DNA of 64,000 nt from IMG/VR virus record IMGVR_UViG_3300042691_031577, positions 1 to 64,000 of that record. The stretch is one strand, 5' to 3'. This stretch comes from a virus. Positions 8,122 to 17,521 of the stretch are shown here, piece after piece. The notes beneath the pieces are model-generated. The model was given only the letters and a program-made list of their open reading frames with translations, made no database searches and was not told the origin of the DNA. Positions within the stretch are counted from its first letter, which is position 1. Every line of letters begins with the position of its first letter. The position numbers were made by a program, and so were the translations under genes.

Positions 8122-9144
8122 CTAAAAATTGTCTAGCCCTCCAAAAATTTGATTAAGCCAGTTTGATGTATTAGGTATGCTTTCACCTAAATGGTCTGCT
8201 AAATACATCTGCATAAACACGTGTTTATTTAATGAGAATTGATTATTGAAACTTTGTTGTATTTCTTTTTTATTTTCATCAGATAACGGAATAGTTTGCA
8301 AATCCATTAACTGTTTGTTTATGTGTAGTTGATGTGATCTTTCTATAACAGATGAATATAAAGCATGTTCATTAATCTTGGTTTTAGAATACTCTATTAT
8401 CTCATCTAAACTAATCTTTTTATTTTCATTTAAAATAGGAAATAGTTTAAGTAATTTTTTAGGCCCTAAACCAGGTACACCAGGTAAATTATCTGATTGA
8501 TCACCCATTAATATCTTATAATTTACAAAATTCAGATGGTCAATTTCATATTCGGTTTTTACATCTTCAGGTTTGTATATTTTTTTCTTAACAGGTGAAT
8601 AAACTTGTGTTTTATCGCTTATTAACTGTAAGAAATCTTTGTCAGCGGACATAATGGTGACTTCTTTAGTTAGCGCGAAATTCTCAAATTTAACCGCGAG
8701 ATAACCGATAACATCATCAGCTTCAATACCATCTATACAGATTATACTAACTGGTAGGCATTTAAGGTATTGAATTAGTCTACTAATTTGATTATTGATA
8801 GCTTCGCTTTCCTCTTCCTTACTACTAAATATAGAATAATTAGTCATACGACTTTTATTCCTATTTGCTTTATAGTCGGGATATAGATTTCTTTTATTGT
8901 TCGATCCTCCTACACCATCAAATACAATAACTACCTTAGTTGGATCTATCAGTTTTATAGCATACCCAATTGATTTTAAAAACCCAGTGAGCCCACCTAT
9001 GTGGGCTCCATCTGGATTTATGTGGTTTATCATCGTAAATGATCTTAGGAAAGCGTTTAACCCATCAATTATTAAAATTGAGTCTTGAGCATTACGAGGA
9101 TTATTATTTATGTTGGCTAAAAGTTGGGCATACTTATTCTTCAT
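8122..9144 (-). CDS. 5'-3' exonuclease / flap endonuclease (Pol I N-terminal, T4 RNase H-like)
   Basis: IIDGLN, VFDG, YKANR, IEADDVI, SADKDFLQL, GDQSDNLPGVPGLGPK. Confidence 0.93.
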   Translation of the reverse strand: MKNKYAQLLANINNNPRNAQDSILIIDGLNAFLRSFTMINHINPDGAHIGGLTGFLKSIGYAIKLIDPTKVVIVFDGVGGSNNKRNLYPDYKANRNKSRMTNYSIFSSKEEESEAINNQISRLIQYLKCLPVSIICIDGIEADDVIGYLAVKFENFALTKEVTIMSADKDFLQLISDKTQVYSPVKKKIYKPEDVKTEYEIDHLNFVNYKILMGDQSDNLPGVPGLGPKKLLKLFPILNENKKISLDEIIEYSKTKINEHALYSSVIERSHQLHINKQLMDLQTIPLSDENKKEIQQSFNNQFSLNKHVFMQMYLADHLGESIPNTSNWLNQIFGGLDNF

Positions 9145-10225
9145 TGTCTACTTCAATCATTGGTGATATTCTACTACTTTCTTCCCATTCTGAACTATCT
9201 TCAATTATTTGAAGTTTTTCAATATCTACTTTTTCACCGAACCATTCATGCGCATGAGCAGCTTTATATGCCTTTTCTGCTTCTTTAGTGTCAGGAATAA
9301 AACCATGAGGAGTAACAATAACTGTAGTTGAAGTTGCTATACCACAATCAGCATGAATCTTATCGATTGCTATTTTAGTACGTTTAGCAAACTCTACTTT
9401 TTTACCCTTATGTTGAGCAAATATTTTAGATGTTCCACTATTAGTTACGTTACCAAATGTAGTTACGATAGTAGCATCCCAATACATTGAATTACCACCT
9501 TTATTTGTCATTCTAGGTTGAGACATAGGCGTTAAAGCCGGTTGAACACCTGTTTTATTAATAACAAACAATGTATTTGTATATGGATATTTTTCTTTAC
9601 GAGATAATGGAAACTGTTGGTTAATAAAATTACCAAATTGAGTAGCCATTGCTCCTGCATTCCACATAGGATTGTTATTTCCTTGTTTAACACTCATATC
9701 ACATGGTATTGAGCCTACTGAATCCCACAAGAATAATAAATCATGTGGTAATTTTCCTTGTTTTTGCTCATTTAGAATATCAGCAATAAACCCAGCTACA
9801 TCTTCAATAGTATTTAGAGATGCTCTATCTACATATAAGAAGAATCCTTTGTAGTTTACTTCACCTGTTTCTTCATCTACTACTTCCTCTAATTCTAGAC
9901 CCATCATTTTAGCATGAGAAAAATCCCATTTCATTTCAGTGATGATGAATACAGGTAGTATTCCCATTTTTTGAGCTGCTACTGCTGTTTCAATTAATAG
10001 AGTAGTTTTACCAGTATCAGATCCACCACGAGCTATATAAACGTGTCCCATAGGAACACCAGGAATAGATAATGCCTCTTTAACTGCAGGTGAAAACGGT
10101 ATCCATCTTTGTTTTTTAAACTTAGAAGATTGATCTAAGTATTTTGATTTTTTAAACGCCTCTATATCAAACGGCTTTTTCAAACCGTCTGATATAGCAG
10201 TCGTTAAACTGTCTTTCTTTGCCAT
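9134..10225 (-). CDS. uvsX: RecA/UvsX-like recombinase
   Basis: Walker A GGSDTGKTT, ITE, WDSVGS, KGG; sits beside the SSB and helicase. Confidence 0.85.
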   Translation of the reverse strand: MAKKDSLTTAISDGLKKPFDIEAFKKSKYLDQSSKFKKQRWIPFSPAVKEALSIPGVPMGHVYIARGGSDTGKTTLLIETAVAAQKMGILPVFIITEMKWDFSHAKMMGLELEEVVDEETGEVNYKGFFLYVDRASLNTIEDVAGFIADILNEQKQGKLPHDLLFLWDSVGSIPCDMSVKQGNNNPMWNAGAMATQFGNFINQQFPLSRKEKYPYTNTLFVINKTGVQPALTPMSQPRMTNKGGNSMYWDATIVTTFGNVTNSGTSKIFAQHKGKKVEFAKRTKIAIDKIHADCGIATSTTVIVTPHGFIPDTKEAEKAYKAAHAHEWFGEKVDIEKLQIIEDSSEWEESSRISPMIEVDNEE

Positions 10226-10230
10226 ATATT

Positions 10231-11067
10231 TTAGTCGTTAAATAAACTATCAAATTTATCCGCATTACTTGTTTTAGCAGGTGCTTCTACTTTATAAGGA
10301 GACGGTGCGGGTATTTCTTTTTCCCAAGGTAAATCACCTGCTTCATCTTCATCTTCATCAGTAGCTGATGCTACTGGTGTTTCTGTTTCTTCAGCAGTTT
10401 CCTCTGGGTTTAACCATTTGTTAAGGGTTTCTTGTAACTCCTCAAATGTATGATGTTTATTAACGGTTAAAATATCAGGTTGTTCGTCTAATACTTTCTG
10501 TACTAAAGCAGCATCTTCTGAGATAGGTGATGATTTAACTTTAGGACGAATAGAGCATTTTACACTCTTTCTGCCAGCAACGGTGTCTTCAACTGCCTCA
10601 ATGGTAAAATCACGTCCATCAGTAATGTCTGTGTAATCACCATAGTCTTCATCAGCAGCAATACCTAACAATTGCTCATAAGTTAATTTACCAAATTCCC
10701 ATAAACGGGCACCTTTTTCTTCCTCACCACGTACTAATACAGGTGCGAAATAACGTAATTTTGGTTCAACTTTTTTAGCTAATTGCCAATCGTCTTTGTC
10801 TGATGATTTGCGTAATTGTTTTGCAAATTCAACAATAGGATCTTTTTCATTCCAGTTTGTTAATGCTAGAATTGGACCTCTTGCAAATCCGTAGTGAAAA
10901 TAAATTTCACGGAAAGGATTAGATTTGTCGAATTTAGAAGGTAAGATACGTATTTGGTATTTACCTGGTTTTGGTTTCCAGAATATCTTTGAATAATCTG
11001 TTTTTTCTTTTGGTTTGCCTTTGCTTTGAGAAGCGGCAAGCTTCTGTTTAATTAATGATAAATCCAT
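10231..11067 (-). CDS. single-stranded DNA-binding protein (gp32-like)
   Basis: FWKPKPGKYQIRILP, DYTDITDGRDF, acidic tail ending FDSLFND. Confidence 0.85.
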   Translation of the reverse strand: MDLSLIKQKLAASQSKGKPKEKTDYSKIFWKPKPGKYQIRILPSKFDKSNPFREIYFHYGFARGPILALTNWNEKDPIVEFAKQLRKSSDKDDWQLAKKVEPKLRYFAPVLVRGEEEKGARLWEFGKLTYEQLLGIAADEDYGDYTDITDGRDFTIEAVEDTVAGRKSVKCSIRPKVKSSPISEDAALVQKVLDEQPDILTVNKHHTFEELQETLNKWLNPEETAEETETPVASATDEDEDEAGDLPWEKEIPAPSPYKVEAPAKTSNADKFDSLFND

Positions 11068-11082
11068 AACTTGTTATTTTGT

Positions 11083-11115
11083 ATAAATATAAAACCTTGA
11101 TTTTGGCCTTCCAAA
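11083..11115 (-). promoter_or_regulatory. Bacteroidota-type promoter / ATATTTAT motif upstream of ssb
   Basis: TTTG-N20-TATATTTA. Confidence 0.6.
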
Positions 11116-11121
11116 TCTATC

Positions 11122-11574
11122 TTAAAGATTGATTATAGAGTGTATAGCCGTTTCTAATTTACGTATACTATCGCCATTAGTCAATATTAAACTATTGCGA
11201 TACTCTGGCCAATTTATAGGATATTTAGTATCAATTACACCATTATTTAATAATTTAATTAATGTATTTAATGCATTAATAGTATATAATGTATTACTTT
11301 CCTTTTTACGGTGTATCAGTATAGTATGAGACAGAGGAACGTCATTGGTATTATGTGTATCTATATTATAAGTACACATTAATTCCTCGCTTTGTGGTGA
11401 TTCTAAAACAAATATTTTATTGTATAAAATTGTATATTTATCTGTTATGTTATCTAGTGTTTTATCTAGATCACCGTGTAACGTAAAAGTACAAAATAAC
11501 TTTTGTCCCATGCTTATTGATGAAATTTCATTATCAATAAATATATCGGGATTGTTTATAAACGAGAACTTCAT
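11122..11574 (-). CDS. hypothetical protein (start may be MGQKLF at 11511)
   Basis: ORF between polA and ssb; ATATTTAT motif at 11537-11544 precedes the internal Met. Confidence 0.7.
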   Translation of the reverse strand: MKFSFINNPDIFIDNEISSISMGQKLFCTFTLHGDLDKTLDNITDKYTILYNKIFVLESPQSEELMCTYNIDTHNTNDVPLSHTILIHRKKESNTLYTINALNTLIKLLNNGVIDTKYPINWPEYRNSLILTNGDSIRKLETAIHSIINL

Positions 11575-11575
11575 A

Positions 11576-12874
11576 TTATATTTTTTGTAGATTATGGTAT
11601 GTTTTGCCTTTTTTAATGTTTGTTGGATATTTTATTATTCGTTGTAATTCGATTAATGTTTCTTTTCCATCTGACCTTGCAAAGTCAAACAAAAACGCAT
11701 CATAAGTATATAACACTAATTTGGTTTGTTTATCTTTCAAATAATCTACTATTTCGGATAATATTTTGACATTGGTAGATGTTTCTTTACTTTGTATAAT
11801 GTAATTCAGTAATTTAGACTGAGTCATGTCTTTATCATAGGTAAATTTTCTATTTTCTGTTTCATAGTATTTACCAAACTGATACATATCCCAAATACTG
11901 TCTGTAAGTTTTACTATATCTTTAAAGAATGGTTTATTTTGATAATCACCCCATACACCTCCGTAAGTTTGTTTAAACGTTAATTCTTTGGCTTCTTGTG
12001 TTGATACTCCTAATAGTTCACCTAATACTTCATATACGTTTTTATCTGTAAAATTAAAATTGATCATCTCACCTAGTAATCGTGGATGATACCCTTGAAT
12101 ATCGTATTCAATAAACATATCGTTTGCTGGGCGATAACATAATCGTTCGCCATTATTTTTATTTAATGCAACGAAATTAATATGATTATATGAATTAGAT
12201 GGTCTACTGGTAGTTGTGTATAGATTATAATGTGAATATATTTTGCCTTTTAGTATATTGAATTCAGGATGTCTTAAGTCACTACCATAGCAATCGATAA
12301 AGCAATCTTTATCTATCTTTATACCGTTATTTTCTATTTCAAAAAATACTCGTGTTGTTTGATTATTATTGAATTTATATACCTCATCATTTTCGCTAAA
12401 TTGAGATATAATAGGTTTAGCTAATCCAAATAAATTTTCTTTATCCTCATAATGTTTACTAAGAGGAATTAAGCAATTTACATTAGGTAAAGCATGGTGT
12501 TTTCTATAATAAAAATCAATACAATTGTTTGTTTGTAATTTGTCTAAGGGTATATCCTCTATAAAGTTAATATCATATAACTTATCAAAATTATTAAAAT
12601 AATACAGAGCTCTTTTTTTATCAGGGGTAAATAATTTCTGGGTGTTATTGTTAATCCAGTTGATAACATATTCCTTATCTAAGGAAAATGTTTCACTGTG
12701 ATCTAAGCAAAATATATAACCCTTATGATCATTTAATGGTCTAAGGTATATTAAACTTAAAGGACTAATTTTAGGATGAAAATTGTTGTTTTGTGAGATA
12801 AAATCAATAAAACAATCTCCAAAATGCTCTAATTTCTCTAATTGATTTTCTTTTTCTATAACGTAGAATGCCAT
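11576..12874 (-). CDS. polA: short, divergent family A DNA polymerase
   Basis: TTTSRPSN, motif A EYDIQGYHPRL, motif B AKELTFKQTYGG, NYIIQS, motif C LYTYDAFLFD. Confidence 0.75.
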   Translation of the reverse strand: MAFYVIEKENQLEKLEHFGDCFIDFISQNNNFHPKISPLSLIYLRPLNDHKGYIFCLDHSETFSLDKEYVINWINNNTQKLFTPDKKRALYYFNNFDKLYDINFIEDIPLDKLQTNNCIDFYYRKHHALPNVNCLIPLSKHYEDKENLFGLAKPIISQFSENDEVYKFNNNQTTRVFFEIENNGIKIDKDCFIDCYGSDLRHPEFNILKGKIYSHYNLYTTTSRPSNSYNHINFVALNKNNGERLCYRPANDMFIEYDIQGYHPRLLGEMINFNFTDKNVYEVLGELLGVSTQEAKELTFKQTYGGVWGDYQNKPFFKDIVKLTDSIWDMYQFGKYYETENRKFTYDKDMTQSKLLNYIIQSKETSTNVKILSEIVDYLKDKQTKLVLYTYDAFLFDFARSDGKETLIELQRIIKYPTNIKKGKTYHNLQKI

Positions 12875-12922
12875 ATAACCTTTATTTTTATAAAGATAAT
12901 AAAGCTTTCTTGACTTTACAAC

Positions 12923-13585
12923 TTAAGAGTCTTTTCTTAAAGTTATAACAGCCTTATAGTTGTTATTAGGTAGTCTAGATATTTTTTCATCTATTTTGGT
13001 GTAACTACCTGAACCTCCTTTTTGCTTAGCGTTAAATGTAGCTATCTTAATAGCGGTAGCCAAATCTAATGATTCCCCTTCACCTGTAAATGCTGAATCT
13101 AATCCTAAAAATGTTTTTATCCCAGGAAAATTTCTTTCAGCCGCATCTAATGCTGGCGAGTTTAAGTATATCGAATCAGAACCTAAAGATATAGTTTGAT
13201 ATAATGGATTGCCTTTAATACTATCAAAAGTATCTTTATTTATTTCTTTTATAATTATGGGAGTTACGTTAATTTGTTTTGAAAAATAACGAATACTAGA
13301 AGTACTCGTGTTAGCAGGAATGCCAGTAACATTTGCATTAGATGACAATATTGTTCTTTTAGATACATTATTTATTCCTTCAGTTTTATTTAATTGGGCT
13401 CTTTGTATTTCTTCAGGAGTTGCTTTTTTAAGTTCAATAGCATTGTTGGATGCTGTTTTACCTACAAAATATCTTCCATTTAATTCCCAATAATACCCAC
13501 TATACACTCTATTATTAGAAGTATCAATAAATTCTCCTCCTGGTGTATGTAAATTTTCTTTTAACTGGTTTTTAGGGTATCTCAT
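12923..13585 (-). CDS. hypothetical protein
   Basis: 220-aa ORF directly downstream of the baseplate hub-like gene. Confidence 0.7.
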   Translation of the reverse strand: MRYPKNQLKENLHTPGGEFIDTSNNRVYSGYYWELNGRYFVGKTASNNAIELKKATPEEIQRAQLNKTEGINNVSKRTILSSNANVTGIPANTSTSSIRYFSKQINVTPIIIKEINKDTFDSIKGNPLYQTISLGSDSIYLNSPALDAAERNFPGIKTFLGLDSAFTGEGESLDLATAIKIATFNAKQKGGSGSYTKIDEKISRLPNNNYKAVITLRKDS

Positions 13586-13586
13586 A

Positions 13587-16500
13587 TTATTTGTAAACTA
13601 CATTTATTTTGTTAATAAAATCAGGAACAGGATATGTTGTATTTTTAGTATAATTAAATGAAAATCCAAATTTATTGCTTCTTGGAGTTCTTTGTACTTT
13701 AGTACCATTTTTAGTCATTGCTGCAGCAGATTGAGCTGATCCTAAAAAGTCAGTTCTTCCTTGAATAAATTGAGCTGCGTTTCTTTGTAAATCCGTTCTT
13801 TGGAGATTTTTAGCTACTTGAAATAATAAATCTCCTGGTAATCCAGTTGCTGCAGCTGCTGTCGTAGCATTTGTTATATTATACCATGCTTGATTAGGAT
13901 TTCCTTCTCCACGTTCAGGTCCTCTAGGGAATTTCCATGTTGGTTCATATTGGCCTCTATTTAATATTAATTTAGTTATAGAATTAGCCGAATATGCTTT
14001 TGAACCTAATCTATTATATATTGATTGAGCTACGTCAGCTTGTCCTTGTGCATCTGTAGTTCCTGCTTCTGTAGCACATATAGCTACTAAAGTCCAAAAA
14101 TCTTGCTCTGGGGTATTTGATACTGCTGGAGGGGTAGCAGGTTGAGTATCAACTTCTTTAATAGTGGCTTGTCCTGTATTTGTATTTATTGTTATTACAT
14201 CTGTAGCGTCTGCCTCTTCTAAAAGTTTAGAAAAATCTAATTTCTTTGTTTTTTCTGGGTCTTCCAGTATTATGGTTTGGGCTTCTATACTAGTAACCCA
14301 ATCAGAATCTGATATTTTATGACCTAATCTAGTTACTAGGTATCCTAACTTTCTACCTATTTTATTTTGGTTTATTATATCTCCTTTATAACCAGCAGGT
14401 AGAACTTCATCAGGTAATCTAAACATATGACCTATGATAATACCTCCAATACCGTCTAATTCTAAAGATACAGTAGTTGGGATTATAGCTTTAAATTCAG
14501 CATCATCTTTGGAAAATGCTATAAACGCTTTTATCATATCACGTAAAGCGTTTTTATATTTTTCTGAATTTTCTATATCGTATTCTCTTTCTTTATCAGG
14601 CCAAAATCTATTTTCAATCCAGTTTAAATCTTCTAAAAATTTTACAAGTAAAGACAGAGATTGGCTTAATACTCCTATTATTTCTGCTCCTTGATTCTTA
14701 ATAAAGGGAGCAGATGCTGGTTTTGTGTTTGGAGCTAGCCTATTTGTAAGACCAGTTTGAAATCCTACTAAGGTTTCATTGTCTAATCCCATTACTCCGC
14801 CTCCATTTTGGGCACTGATAGCTACAATACTACTTTGTTCTTTAAATATTTTAGAATTTATTTTGTATGAGCGAACATTATTTATTAATCCATTATAAGT
14901 AGGAATACCATTGTTATCTTGACTTATAAATGTAAATGCGTTAGCATATGCTTCACTTGTTTTTTTCTCATCAACATAATTAATATCTATAATTCTACCT
15001 ATACCATCAATGGGATCAACATGTATATCAAAGTTGTTTAGGTTACCTATAGAACTTTGAACTTGACCCATTAATTTTTTTATAAAATCATATAAATTAA
15101 TTTCTTGTTTTTCTTTAACGTCATTTGCCTCTAAATTACCATCAGTAGCTAAATTAATAACATTAAGTAAATTAATAAATATATTTCCTATATTTCCTAA
15201 ATTTTTACCATTGATTGATTCTCTAAAATTTTTTCCTTCTGGTAATCTTTCTAAAAAATCAATAGCTTCAAATTTAATATTTTGTCTAGCTTCATCTTCT
15301 CTAAGATCATTTATAGTTGCTATAATATCTTCTTGAGCAGCTTTAGCAACATTATTATCAGGAATGTATATTTTACTATAATTTTCTCCTAATGCTAATT
15401 TTAATTCTTGATCAGTACCTATAGAACTTCCACGACCTTCAAGTTTTATTTTGAGAACAGTGATAAGATCAAAACCAGAAACCTCATTTATAAAACTTCT
15501 TTCATCTGGGTATAATTTGCCATTTAGTGGGTTAAATCTTATATTATTATTTAAAATGCCAGTATAATTTATATCAGTTATAGTAGAAACAGTACCAGAA
15601 GCAGTTGTTGCATCTCCTAAAATTATATCAGAATTTCGAAATTTATATTCTTCCCAAGCATCAGCTAAAAGTTTACCCATTGTCTTTTCATCAATGCCTT
15701 TTTTAAATGCTAATTCTTTTAAAGTATTTATGCGTGCTCGCAATGCAGTTATTTTTTCTTCTTTAGTATCTATAGCTCTAAGATCATTAAAGAGAGTTAC
15801 AACATAGCCTTTAAGAAATAAAGCAAATGATTGTTGGTTAGGTGGCAAACTACTTATATTCCAAATAGTTGCTGGGGAATTATATTCTGGGTCTATTGAT
15901 AGTGCTTTTTTAAATAAATCATTTCTAATCAAACATACTCTAGGATCCATTGATATTTGTAAAGGATGATACAGACAATACAAATCAGAACTAACTCCTG
16001 AAGGGTATTCTCTTGATTTAGTAGTTATAGGTACTAATGGATCTTCATTATCTGGATTTGATGGTACTACGTGTTTGCTTATAATCTTGGTAAATGAATC
16101 TAAATCCATGTATACTTGGGTATTAGGATCAATACCATTACTATTTTGTTGTTCTGACGTGTTTTTGTTTGATATTTTAAGTACGTAAAGCCTTATAGCA
16201 TGATCCTTAGTTCCTGTGATGAAACCATTTGCATCAGGTATAGTAAATGGGGTTCCTTTGTCTATATCAACTATAGCCCCCTGTTCATTAGCTGTATAAG
16301 CAGCGAATATAGACTCAGCCGCTATCCCAGCTAAAATATTATTTTGATAAAACTTAGCTACATTTCCTCCATATTTTGCTTTATCTACAAAAGATTCTCC
16401 TGAGGTTTTCTTTGGCGTAAATAATATTCCATTTTCTAATTGAGTTGATGAAATATAATTTACAGAATAATTTACTTTTAATGATTCTAATACTTCACCT

Positions 16501-17210
16501 GTTGATATAATTTCGGTTGTACAATCGTATCCTCCATCTTGTCTTTGTGACCAACTATAGTTTTTAATATAGCCTAATATTCCCTCGTAATTGGCATCAT
16601 TTGTTTGGGATTTATTGTATACTTCAATTAAACGTTCATGAAGAGATATAGGTTTACCTGTTTTAGGAGATGTTCTTGACTTAAAAACATCATAAAAACC
16701 ATCTTTAAGATTTGTAACTATATTACCACTATTATCTAAGTACGGCAACCAACCCCACTCTAATAACACCACAAAACCTGGTCTCATGTATAGTAATTCT
16801 AATATTTCTAATTGTCTAATATCCCAACAATTAAATGTTACTGTTGCTACACGTACTGAACCATATGCTGATTTACTTTGTACATCAATACTAGTGATAC
16901 CAGGCATTGGTCTTAAACCATAAAAGTTATCTGTGCCATTAGTTATATTGCTGTAAGCATTGGCTGTGGAACTACTACCAACGCCTTGTCTTAAGGATTT
17001 ACCATCGTTTTGTAATAATCCACCTTGTAATATGTTTTCTTTAGCTAATCTACTATCTCCTCCAACATCAACACCAGACACCATTCTAGCCCAAGCCGTT
17101 CTTCCGTTTATGTATATGATATCATTAGAAGTGCGTTTTAAAAACGCATTTCCTCTAACTTTTAATTGGTCCCTAACGGGTTTAGTGAATGTATCTTTAA
17201 ATATCGACAT
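13587..17210 (-). CDS. baseplate hub-like protein with C-terminal SleB-type cell-wall hydrolase
   Basis: N-terminal RPMPGITSI/LYMRPG..LLEWGW; C-terminal LVAICATEAG..GQADVAQSIYNR..GQYEP (Hydrolase_2/SleB pattern); tail module context. Confidence 0.7.
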   Translation of the reverse strand: MSIFKDTFTKPVRDQLKVRGNAFLKRTSNDIIYINGRTAWARMVSGVDVGGDSRLAKENILQGGLLQNDGKSLRQGVGSSSTANAYSNITNGTDNFYGLRPMPGITSIDVQSKSAYGSVRVATVTFNCWDIRQLEILELLYMRPGFVVLLEWGWLPYLDNSGNIVTNLKDGFYDVFKSRTSPKTGKPISLHERLIEVYNKSQTNDANYEGILGYIKNYSWSQRQDGGYDCTTEIISTGEVLESLKVNYSVNYISSTQLENGILFTPKKTSGESFVDKAKYGGNVAKFYQNNILAGIAAESIFAAYTANEQGAIVDIDKGTPFTIPDANGFITGTKDHAIRLYVLKISNKNTSEQQNSNGIDPNTQVYMDLDSFTKIISKHVVPSNPDNEDPLVPITTKSREYPSGVSSDLYCLYHPLQISMDPRVCLIRNDLFKKALSIDPEYNSPATIWNISSLPPNQQSFALFLKGYVVTLFNDLRAIDTKEEKITALRARINTLKELAFKKGIDEKTMGKLLADAWEEYKFRNSDIILGDATTASGTVSTITDINYTGILNNNIRFNPLNGKLYPDERSFINEVSGFDLITVLKIKLEGRGSSIGTDQELKLALGENYSKIYIPDNNVAKAAQEDIIATINDLREDEARQNIKFEAIDFLERLPEGKNFRESINGKNLGNIGNIFINLLNVINLATDGNLEANDVKEKQEINLYDFIKKLMGQVQSSIGNLNNFDIHVDPIDGIGRIIDINYVDEKKTSEAYANAFTFISQDNNGIPTYNGLINNVRSYKINSKIFKEQSSIVAISAQNGGGVMGLDNETLVGFQTGLTNRLAPNTKPASAPFIKNQGAEIIGVLSQSLSLLVKFLEDLNWIENRFWPDKEREYDIENSEKYKNALRDMIKAFIAFSKDDAEFKAIIPTTVSLELDGIGGIIIGHMFRLPDEVLPAGYKGDIINQNKIGRKLGYLVTRLGHKISDSDWVTSIEAQTIILEDPEKTKKLDFSKLLEEADATDVITINTNTGQATIKEVDTQPATPPAVSNTPEQDFWTLVAICATEAGTTDAQGQADVAQSIYNRLGSKAYSANSITKLILNRGQYEPTWKFPRGPERGEGNPNQAWYNITNATTAAAATGLPGDLLFQVAKNLQRTDLQRNAAQFIQGRTDFLGSAQSAAAMTKNGTKVQRTPRSNKFGFSFNYTKNTTYPVPDFINKINVVYK

Positions 17211-17215
17211 AACAT

Positions 17216-17521
17216 TTATCTAGCGTTATTAAAATTATTATATTGTGTTAATACATCTCCTATGTTAACTGGTATTCTTAATTGAGTACCAGGAGCAGGA
17301 AATAATAATCCTTTAGTTGCATTATTATTTGCCATAGCTATAATCCACCATAAAGTAGAGTCACGATAATAAGATTGAGCTAAAAGATCAAGCCTATCTC
17401 CTTCAGAAGTTATTACATAAAAATCATTTTCTGATACAGGTATATTAGGATAAAATTTACCCTTATAATATGGCTGTCCATCTTCTGTTTTTAATATTGT
17501 TCCGTTTTGATATCTGTTCAT
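17216..17521 (-). CDS. baseplate wedge protein (LysM-like, gp53/tail X-like)
   Basis: EGDRLDLLAQSYYRDSTLWWIIAMAN..GTQLRIP. Confidence 0.8.
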   Translation of the reverse strand: MNRYQNGTILKTEDGQPYYKGKFYPNIPVSENDFYVITSEGDRLDLLAQSYYRDSTLWWIIAMANNNATKGLLFPAPGTQLRIPVNIGDVLTQYNNFNNAR

